Part shown: positions 53,365 through 64,000 of the stretch, piece after piece | Position numbering within the stretch: position 1 is the first letter of the stretch | How the letters are laid out: every line of letters starts with the position of its first letter | Assembly: GCA_951406725.2 (NCBI GenBank) | Contig: OX597832.1 | Location: 34,410,001-34,474,000 of the forward strand | Source: Octopus vulgaris | Taxonomy: Eukaryota | DNA length: 64,000 nt | Reading direction: 5' to 3' | Position numbers and translations under genes: made by a program | Notes under the pieces: generated by a model | Seen by the model: only the letters and a program-made list of their open reading frames with translations | The model's database searches: none | What the model was told of the DNA's origin: nothing

Positions 53365-53442
53365 CTCTGTCGATTACGACGGTGGAGTGCTTAAATTGAC
53401 CCATTCAACGGAACAACCTGCTCATGAAATTAACGTGCAAGG
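53365..53442 (-). mobile_element. SINE family C 3' fragment
   Basis: Reverse complement matches 9070-9145 (CTTGCACGT.A.TTCA.GAGCA..CTGTTCCGTTGA). Confidence 0.65.
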
Positions 53443-54150
53443 TTCGATCTGGATCAAACAATCCGACCCTGAGGATTTGTTCGATGTGGCGATAGGAACC
53501 CACGACAGCGCCGACATTTGTGACCTCATTGGGCTATACGTGTTGGATACCTTAGGGAAGGAGTTCCTTTCAGTCCTCTTTGGCCTCTACAGAGATGACA
53601 CTCTGCTGTCTGTAGAGGGGCCAACGGGTACACCCTTGATAGACTTAGAAAGGACCTGATTAACGCTCTAGACTCCATGGGACTCAAAATAACAATTCAG
53701 ACCAACCTCACCATCATAAACTTCCTAGACGTCACGCTAGACTTGGGCTCCGGTTCAAACAGGCACTACCGCAAACCAAACGAGAGGCTGTCCTACATCA
53801 AACCCCCCCCCCCGTCACCTGCCTATCGTATTCAAGAACCTAGTGAAGCGTGTCAGCAAGAGAATCTCGAATCTCTCTTCGTATGAAGAAATTTTCGATG
53901 CCGCACGCCCTTATTACAACGAGAACTTGGCGCTCAGTGTATTCAAGGACCGCAACTCCCATATTTCGGGCCCAAGCATTCGCAAAAGGAAGCACTGCCG
54001 GAGCGTCGATCGGTTTGCTGCAATGTTCTCACTCAACGTTAAAACTTGTGTGTGAAGAATATTCCTTAGGTTAGTAGACAAGCACTTCCCGCAGATATAC
54101 ACAAGTACGGGCGTTTGTTCAATAGGCACAGCCTTAGAGTCTCTCAGCAT
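53443..54150 (+). pseudogene. Naiad-type PLE reverse transcriptase fragment (motifs 4-7, thumb, linker)
   Basis: WIKQ...FDVAIGTHDSADICDLIGLYVL...GLYRDDTL...GLKITIQTNLTIINFLDVTLDL...YRKPN...RISNLSS.EEIFDAARPYYNENL...FSLNVKTCV*RIFLRLVDKHFP. Confidence 0.9.
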
Positions 54151-54698
54151 GAAAAGAATATTGGCAAATACCCATCCTTTTCTAATTCTCTTTTTCTTCC
54201 CCTCCCTCCTTCACTATTTTCTATCTGTCTCTCACTCCCCTTCTTTTTCTCTCTCTCTTTCTCTTTCGTTGCTCACACGTGACCATCTTCCATCTTTTCT
54301 TCACCTGACCATCTTATCCTGCACGGACGTTCAAAAGACGGCATGTGCTTCTCTCCCTCTCTCTCTCTTCTCTCTTTTCTCTTTACAAAAATAGTGTTTC
54401 TCTCAGCGTTCACTATTTTCCTCTCGTTCTAGTTTAATGACCCTCCATGTTTGTTTTCGTTCAGTTATCTTGTAAGTCTCCACTGTCATGTTTTTGTTCC
54501 CAAATTTGACCCTCCATAAATGCTAAATCTTATTTTAGAATTTATGGGAGCAACTGTCATTGAAGACTCATATTGTCTGATGAAGTGTACTTTCTCTGTG
54601 TTTACTTGTCCTGCTTTCCATTTTTTCCCCTTGTTTATGTATTTAGCTCGTTTGTTTACGTATTTCATGTTATTTGCACCGTTGGTGATGTCCTGTAC

Positions 54699-54740
<42 letters not shown>

Positions 54741-54744
<4 letters not shown>

Positions 54745-54969
54745 CAATTAACTGAACGCGACGCATCCATTTCCAAGTAAGTTTTTATATGATAGATCGT
54801 TAGCCACTACACACATTTTTTTCTCTCCTTGTTTTCTGTGTCCCACTCTGTAGAAGAGCGTAGGCTCGAAACGTAAAAGACGTTTTCTATTCCTGAGCGT
54901 TATACTAATACATCGGTATGTTTTGTACACCACCTGTCTTCGTCTTTTGTTGTTTTTCTCGTAAACTCT

Positions 54970-55026
<57 letters not shown>

Positions 55027-55066
55027 AACTTACTTGGAAATGGATGCGTCGCGTTCAATTAAATAA
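54741..55066. mobile_element. Short element with ~38 bp inverted repeats enclosing a hammerhead-bearing terminus and (TA)n
   Basis: AATTAACTGAACGCGACGCATCCATTTCCAAGTAAGTT (~54747-54784) is inverted to ~55027-55064. Confidence 0.75.
54845..54880 (+). ncRNA. Minimal hammerhead motif (CUGUAGA variant)
   Basis: CTGTAGA-A-GAGC-GTAG-GCTC-GAAA-CG-TA-AAAGA; 4 bp stem II, palindromic ACGT stem III. Confidence 0.6.
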
Positions 55067-55156
55067 ATAATATATATTATTGAATATGTGATCGCGCGTG
55101 TATCGTTGGCGATTTTCTTTCTCCGTCTCCTCTTCCTTGGACCTTTCCTTTTCTAC

Positions 55157-55192
55157 GTTTCTGACGAAGAGCTCCACTCGAAAATTTAAATC
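55157..55192 (+). ncRNA. Degenerate minimal hammerhead motif
   Basis: GTTT-CTGACGA-AGAGCTCCACTC-GAAA-ATTT-AAAT; homolog of 45680-45714. Confidence 0.5.
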
Positions 55193-55206
55193 TTCCTTCT
55201 TTCTTT

Positions 55207-55269
55207 AAATAGCTTCCTGAAGATTTCTCTTGAATGAAATAGCTTCCTGAAGATTTCTCTTGAATGAAA
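55207..55269. repeat. 30 bp tandem duplication AAATAGCTTCCTGAAGATTTCTCTTGAATG x2
   Basis: Direct reading. Confidence 0.9.
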
Positions 55270-55374
55270 CAGTACTAGTCCTGTAGAAGCTCCTTCTATA
55301 TAATAAATTAATTTTACTCTGCTATGTATTGAGTACCTTACTTACTGTGGTTAACCCCGAATCAAACCGGGACC

Positions 55375-55427
<53 letters not shown>

Positions 55428-56661
55428 AGAGGGAGAGAGCGAGAGAGAGAGAGATGTATATACTTATATATGTATGTGTGTATGTATATATGCATGCATG
55501 TGTGTGTAAATATACGTGCGTGCGTATGTATGTATGCATTTATCTAGTATATATATGTGTGTGTGTATTTATGTATGTATGCATGTACATATATTCTTTC
55601 TCTCCGTTGCATTTCTCTATAGAGTAGTCCCAAAGTGTCAGACAGTGAGAAGTCTAAAAGAGGAACAACTGAACAAAAATTTGAAGAGAAAGCACCGTCA
55701 CGTTTTCTTCACTGGTTTTGACTGCACCTTTCCTACCACCACCGCTACCGTAACAACCATACTCGAGTCTAAGAGCCTCTTCCTAATCGCTAGATTTACT
55801 AGAAGTAGCAGCTAAATCTCCCTCAGATCACACACTACCATCTTTGAAAAGGGGTCTCACTGCATTTAGTAAAAAAGCAGCATGATCACGGTTGGAGAGG
55901 CTGATCAGGGAGCTGAATAACAAAGACAAAGGCCAGTACAGCCCGCCCTGCACCCACAAATATCTCAGCGACCACCACCACCATCGCTTCCATCATTGTC
56001 TAACATTTACCAACTTTATCGCTAAAGCCATCACCCATAACTACTACAACCAATACCTCTACCACCATCATCACCACCACCATCGCTCCGTCCACTGTCA
56101 CAACTAAGACCAGCACTACAAATATGATGACCACCATCACTTCAACCGCTTCCACCACACCACTACAAATATCCTCCTGACTCCTACTACCACCAACACC
56201 ACTGAGAACCACCCACCACCACTAAAGACTAATTTTTACAAGTCATGTCTGACTGACAAGTTCATATCAAGACAACAAAAATAAACTGTTTTTAAATGTG
56301 CTTGGCAAGACTTTTGGTGCCTCACTGATCTGCACCCTTCCTCTCTCTCTCCCTTCCCTCCTTTTCTCTCTATCTCTCTTCTCTCTTCCTCACTCTCCAT
56401 AGCTTTCTTTCAATCTCCCAAGCTATTTACCAAAATGTATTTGTCGTTCGGTTTTTATTGCTCTCGTTTTATCTCAACAAACATCTAACTATGTATCCTA
56501 AGTGTTGCTAATGTTAAGGTCCCTTGCTCAATTATAAAGCCATAAACAATACCAAAATAATTAATGATGAAAGGACTCAATACTTTACTGTAGTAGAACC
56601 AAATTTATTGTACATGTAGTGTTCACTGGCGTATGTATGTATGTATGTATGTATATAAATG

Positions 56662-56724
<63 letters not shown>

Positions 56725-56879
56725 CAGACAGACAGACAGAAGGAAGAGCTTAAATATACAGGTTTTACGTGCATATATTTGTATATGGGAATAGAGAAAT
56801 ATATATGCGTGTTTGTATGTGTACCAAGTTCCGTTATTTATCGTTTCTTGGTTAATAAACGAAAATTTTATGCTTGTCT

Positions 56880-56915
<36 letters not shown>

Positions 56916-57414
56916 GCATGTTTATATATATATGCATGTTTATATGTTTATATATATATGCATGTTTATATGTATATATATATATATATATACACATATG
57001 ATATATACATATATGTATATATTTGATATATCATATATATATGATATATATACATATATGATCAACGTCAATTTGTGTTTCTGTATATGTGTGTGTGTCT
57101 GTGTGTAGACCGATGTCTGTATGCGTGTACATATTAGAGTGCGGCTGTTTTGTCTACATGTAAGTATATTTACAAATATATGGGCGTGAATATGTATATC
57201 TTGTGTCAATGCATATTCTTAAATAAATACACATATTATATATTCATAAATATTACACACACACATACATGCGCCTGCACACACACGCACACATATACAT
57301 GGAGAGAGAGAGACAGGCAGACAGACAGAGAGATATATCAAACGTGCAGACGATACATTATTGAAAGTTTTGTAGGAGCATCGCTACTTGAGAATATTTA
57401 GAGCTTTCATTGGT

Positions 57415-57848
57415 CAGTTCAAGTCATGGGTAAGAAGTTTGCTTCTCAACCTCATGGTTTCTGGTTCAATCCCACTGCGTGGCCCCGTTGGCAGAGTGTC
57501 TTCTACTATAGCCTCGGGCCGATCAAAGCCTTGTGAGTGGATTTGGTATCGGAAACTGAAAGAAACCCATCGCATGTGTGTGCTTGTGTGTGTCTTTGTG
57601 TTGGAAATTGTACCCAACCCTGTTTCTGTTTTCCGATCATTTGGTAGCAGGTAATATTTTAACTACTTTTGTGTGTAACTATGCTGGACTGCGATAGTTT
57701 TGGTGCAAAAGAGACCGGTAAAATAAGTACCAAGCTTTAAAAAACTAAGTACCAGAGTCGATTCTTCGTTTGGAATTCCTCAAGGCCGTAACCTAGCATG
57801 GCTGTAATCTAATGACTTAAACAAATAAATGATAAAAGATAAAAGATA
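57415..57848 (+). mobile_element. SINE family B with a foreign ~90 bp insert
   Basis: Head GGTAAGAAGTTTGCTTCTCAACC...GGTTCAATCCCACTGCGTGG; tail CTAGCATGGCTGTAATC...ATAAAAGATAAAAGAT. Confidence 0.85.
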
Positions 57849-60800
57849 TGCTTCCGCATCGCAGAGGCGACAGTCTGAAGGCGTTAAGGAGTCGGTGACC
57901 TGCAGGGACTGGGAACTCAGCAATATTAAATACTGAAGTTGACGGAGGGAAGCTGTTCCCCTCGTGGGGTAAAGGATCTGGTGGATTCAGGTTTTGTGTC
58001 GGTATATACATGTATGCATATATGAGCGCACATGTGTGCGTGTGTGTGTGTGTAATTGTATATGTTAGGTTATTCTTAATTCTACGAGTAACATGTTACT
58101 CAGTACAACCTTTCACATAAACGGACCTTCAGCGACTAGACTGACGACCCTATCAAATCTGCTTAGTAAGGTGAATGGTTTTTTTATTGGACAGAAAACA
58201 AAACTTATCAAAAGGTAGAATAGCTCAATGGAGTCAACGGCTATCCAAAAGCTGGCAGTGAGAGATCCCGCATCTTGGTTTCGATGTCACTCGAAGAGAA
58301 GGAAAAGCTTTAATGTAATACCCGCAGTTTCTTTTGCATCCAGTTATAAAGACTAATTTTATTTGGGCAAATAGATACATTGTTTAGGGAGTGCAATGGT
58401 CTTGTACAAACCTTTCTTCACTTTAAGAAGGTTCAGGCACAAGCATTGCATGATTTTTAACATCTCTGTTAGGCGTTGCATACTATGTCTGGTCATAGCC
58501 GATGAAATGAAGACATGTGTCGGCGTGGCTGCTAGGTTCTCTGAACACCTACTCCAAGAGGCGCCCGTCGTTATCACATCTGTGCAAAAAAAGTATGGGT
58601 TCTTAGCAGGACTGAAAAGACACATCCATACTGCTTTAAAGGGACAATCAAGCGATAGCATTGCTCGACAATCGAATTGTAACCATCCTGTTTATGCGTA
58701 TATATTCCCAACCCAACATACCAGACTACCTGCACTTTTCTTTTCTCCCTTCCACTCCAAGTCTTCGTTTAGAGATTATGATATGTAGTTTTCAGCAATC
58801 TTCAAGCCTGAAGTGCTAGCCCACTCCACCATTTTATCCTCTTTTTCCGCCATCTTATTTTTTATTTGCACGTACGCTTGTTTGAGTGTGAGAGCTCATA
58901 CATGATAACAGTGACTATGCATGATAATTATTTACCGTACATGAAGGAACGAAGAACAAAAACGACAATGCCGGAGTTTGAACGCAGTACTAGATAGGGC
59001 ATAGGATTTCCTTTTGAATCCTATCGATTCTACCCTTCACCCTGCTCTGAATGAGGAATAATAGAGTCAAGGTAAGAGTAACAGTTCTCCAAAGCACATT
59101 GCTGAGATCAGGAGAAATATCTCCAAGTATGGATACTTCCTTTAGCAGCAACGTCGCAAACAGTCCTTAAAAGTATGATATCAATCAGAACAGCACAACC
59201 AACTGTCAGAGTATTACACCACCAGTTAAAACCACCAGGCGCGTTTTCAGACCCACTGCGATCCTTATACCTCGATACCACTATGCAATAATATAATACT
59301 CATAATAACCACGTAATAACTAACCACATAATACACACAGACACACACACACACATGCACACACATGCCGTTCGGAATCAGTTTCATGATCAACAAATGA
59401 CCGCCATACAAAGACAGGAATTTTGGTACATAATATGGTAGAGTGGCACCATTCCTGTAACAAAACAGAATTCTACTGTGTTCTGTTGCCAAAATCTCTG
59501 TATACCAAAGACCATTGGCAAGTGCTTTCATAATGTCTTGTCATCAAAATGATTTCGCTCTGTCTGCCTTCCTGCTCACCTACCAAAACTCTGCTCCATA
59601 AATCCTTTCTCTTAATCTTCGGTACAAAACTCTTACTGGATGCTGTTATCTACAACAGGGTGAGGACCGAAACTATCGCAGTCCAGCATAGTTACACACA
59701 GATGTAGTTACAAAATATTACCTGCTACCAAACAAAAGTAGGGTTGGTCAGATCTGGTACAACTTTGATTACAGATCTGTTTCATCAGGGCTAACCTGGT
59801 AGTAAACAACAACATTAACAATGATAACAATAGCAATAATAATAACAACGATAGATTATAGGCCACCAGACATGAAAGACGAAAATTTATTAAAAACCTG
59901 CCCGGGAAGCATTAAACTAACACGAACCAACAATGGCCTGGTATTCATCTCAACAATACAAAAAGTTAGATGAATAATTAGAAAAGATACAGCAACAGAC
60001 ACGGCTGGCGCTATGATTCGCAGGTTAAGTAGTTGGAGGTCGATGAAATCGATTCTGCTCTTCAGCCCCGAATTGTGTGGTCCTGGGCCAATTTTAGAAA
60101 TCATTATTAAGCCATTCTCTCATTGTAAACATTATCTGATAGATCATTGTTGTTACACGGTAGTTGATCATTAACATCTCCTCCATCAAAATCTTGATGC
60201 CAGCGCCCACCTCTCCTCCTACCCTTTCTCTATAGCGTTCTCTCTGTGAATATGTGCATGGGTGTGTGATATGTATTTATCTATGTGTGTGTATACACAT
60301 ATACGTAGGACACGGATAGTTAGATATACATATATGCACTTATATATTAAGATATATATTTGCATGTATCCATGTATCTATGAACGTATATATATGTACA
60401 CCTGCATATTTATGTATATATATACGTGCACACGCAAACACACACACACATATATACACACACACACACACACACATCATGAATTTTCAACCAAAATGCC
60501 AAATTGTAAATGACTTTCCACCATCAGTGAATTAATTGCAGAACCCAGTCTAAAGGAAACTTTGGGTACCAGAAAAATAATAAAAATCATATGTGCTAAT
60601 GCATGCATGGGTGATGCATGCATTATGAATCAACTAAAAAATAAATCAGCTGAAAGATAAGTAGCATGATCGTGTGATAAGCTCCTTAAGTTAAAACATG
60701 GTTAGAAGAAACTTTCTCCAACCTTTCAAATAAGGCCCTTCATTATGAAAAAAAAGTTTTCTTCATTCTCTCATGAGATCTTGGACGCAGAAAGCCACTA

Positions 60801-61015
60801 AGATCGGTGAATATTAGTGATTGCGTATGCATGGGATAGAAATGAACAGAGATAAAAATATATCTAGAGAGAAGAGACAACAATTTTGAAGTGCTTAATG
60901 AAGAGAAAAAGAGCGATAAGTGAAATGAAGCATTGGAGAAGAATTAAGTAGACTATTTAAGGTAAAACTCATACGCATTCTCATCTATGTAACGTGTGTG
61001 TGTGTGTGTGTGTGA

Positions 61016-61048
<33 letters not shown>

Positions 61049-62189
61049 TAACACTGTTGATAATTTGTTGAGGTCACTGACATGACCAGCAATAAGAACC
61101 GGTCCGCTTTAAACTGACTTCTCTGTCCAGTTCTAGATCTCATATATATTACTTTTATTCTGTGACTTCTCTCCCGTCACCTTTCCATTTCCGAGCACTT
61201 CCCACCGACTACAGGATCGCTAGCATTTCTTATCATTCTAAATTGTTCAAGCTCTACTGGACGAAGAGAAAAAGAAACGAACAAATGATTTACTCTCTCC
61301 TTGGCGAAAGAAAATTGTCCGAAACGTCCGTAACTTGTTTTCTGACGACACAATGATTCTTCATAGATTTGAACTCATGGATGAATATATTTTTGCAATA
61401 CATAACACTGTTAGTCTCCTAAGATTCAAACAAATATACATATGTATGCATGTGCTTGTATGCAGGTGGTGTGTCTCTCTCTATATGTGTGTGTGTATAT
61501 ATGTATGTGTGTGCGTGTATGTGTATATGCACACACACATGTATGTATGCATATGCACACACATATATGTAGGCATATACATACATATATGTGCGAGTGT
61601 ATAGAAAAATAGACAGACACACAGACACAAGGAAACAGTGGGAGAAGGTAAGATTCGAACCAGTTACATACATACCGCTCTTTCAATATCTTCTCCTTTG
61701 GTTCCTCACTTTTCAACCATTCACATTCACCAATATTACTTTAACAGTGTCATTCTCGTTTTACACATTCTGTGCGCATAAGTACTGGTTCGATAAATGC
61801 ACCTGTCAATAAGCATCTATCCGTATTCAAGTATCGATATGTGTGCATATAAAGATAGATAGATAGATAGATAGAAAGATAGATATGTATTCTTGTCCTA
61901 CCTCTCACCTACTTTCGTCTCTTCTACAAAACATAACCATGGCTGACATGACTGTCCAACCTTTTATACACGTTTTTAGTCAGTAACAAGATGGACGACT
62001 TCAATAAAATATAGGAACATCCATTTGGGATGTGTGCGGTCATACGTACACCAGTGCTCATTATAGCCTCACAAACATGCATAAACAGATACACACACAC
62101 ACACACACACACATACCTACAAATATATGGATATATATGCATGCGTATATATGTGCATATATATGCCTATGTAAGTATATATATGTGTG

Positions 62190-62411
<222 letters not shown>

Positions 62412-62635
62412 TATACATATATTCATGTATACTTTCACATAAAATTGTTTGAGATGTGTATTTACACGCATCTTTTCGGAATTCCCCCGGGTAAGTATAT
62501 TAAGTGTACTTGTGTATATGTGTGAGTATGTGTGTGTTTATGAATGAGCATACACACACATATATAAATTCATATATATATATATATACATATATACACA
62601 CATTTATGCATATATATACACATATATATACACAC

Positions 62636-62682
<47 letters not shown>

Positions 62683-62694
62683 TATTTACATATA

Positions 62695-62737
<43 letters not shown>

Positions 62738-62738
62738 C

Positions 62739-62788
<50 letters not shown>

Positions 62789-64000
62789 AGAAAGAGCGAG
62801 AGACATATATACGTGTTTTGATTATTTTTTCATGCATATGTGGGAAACAAATATGCCTATGTGTGTTTATGTGTGTGCGTGTGTACACACATACTGCACT
62901 CATATATTTATATACACATACATGTGTGTTTGAAAATATATACTTATATGCACATATTTAACTATACACTTGTGTGTATATATATATACAAATATCATAT
63001 GTATACATATATATGCTTATATATATATGTATATTTGTGTGTGTATGCATATATGTATCATATGTATGCGTGTATGAATACACATATACACACGGTCGTA
63101 TACAACTAAAACCAGAATGGCGCCTAAATGTCGTTATTGCCATTGCTTGCACATTTCCCGTCCCAGCGCAGTCACAAATCAACTCTCCAATCACACTGTA
63201 TTAGAAGTGATCTCCGATCAGCTATTTTAGACTTTGATCTCTTGAAACGATTCCAAAGTGTGTTTCTAGCCAGATCTGTTTCTCCATCAAGGCGTTGTCG
63301 CGCGCGCGCACATGTACTCACACTCACGCACGCACGCACTTACGCATACACACACACATACTCACTATGCGGACTATTGGTACATATAAGTACATGCACT
63401 CATATAATTCCTCTGTCTTTATCTCTCTCTCTTTCTTTCCCTCTCTCACACACACTTCATCTTTGTATCTTCTCTTTCTCCTACCTTCCCCACATTTTTC
63501 CTATTTCTACTTATACTTTTATTATCGCTTTCCTCTGCTGTTCTTTTTTATATATTTTTATTCTCCTCCTGAAATTCTTTACTACTTTTCTATTCTTGTT
63601 TTGTTTTCATTTTATCTAACGCGTTTTTATGAGTCCCGTAGAGTTCTGATAATTTGCCAAGCAGCTTATTCATCGACATAGTTTCGATATACCAATTGAG
63701 CCTCATTCATTTCACTTATGTATTATCTTCCTTGGAGATTTTCTCTGGCAGTAATTACCCCTTAACTTGTGAAATAACTTTTACTGATGTTAAACCTGTA
63801 CCAAAGTCCCGGGTGGGGTGGAATTTAATGTTGCACCAAACATAACTTTATATTTCAAATGTGATATTGTATGAGTTTGTTATGATACACCACAGCAATA
63901 AACATGCTATACATCGTTATGTTAGCCATACTGATACTACGTCATCGCATTTATCATCATTCTTTTAGTAATTATGTCCATCATGTGTTGTATGTTTTGT

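Noticed and set aside
54572-54610. CTGATGA in the Naiad 3' region (also CTGATGG at ~26985, CTGATGA at ~30785, CCGATGA at ~31236)
   Set aside because: No properly placed GAAA and stem III.
57641-59732. 2.1 kb TIR DNA transposon
   Set aside because: The left repeat lies inside a SINE whose tail would fall within the element; no TSD or transposase seen.
61295-61355. GAAACGTC followed by CTGACGA
   Set aside because: Stems I and II do not pair in any hammerhead topology.

Overview
Eukaryotic, AT-rich, microsatellite-dense DNA. The composition and SINE families point to an octopus (coleoid cephalopod) intergenic or intronic region (inference). I found no host protein-coding gene: nearly all ORFs in the track are translations of (TA)n/(CA)n/(GA)n repeats. 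The real content is retroelement debris: Penelope-like elements (PLEs; Naiad-type GIY-YIG and RT fragments plus a second GIY-YIG type), R4/Dong-type RLE LINEs, CR1/L2-group and RTE LINE fragments, and at least four tRNA-derived SINE families. The most notable signal is a set of unrelated palindromic elements sitting in (TA)n/(CA)n tracts. Most carry a type I hammerhead-ribozyme core (CUGANGA...GAAA...UH) with a palindromic stem III, and several share an asymmetry in which one arm has an extra 70-200 nt tail. They range from a 2.9 kb PLE with ~890 bp inverted arms to 250-400 bp non-coding hairpins. Coordinates were read by eye, so boundaries of degenerate elements are approximate.
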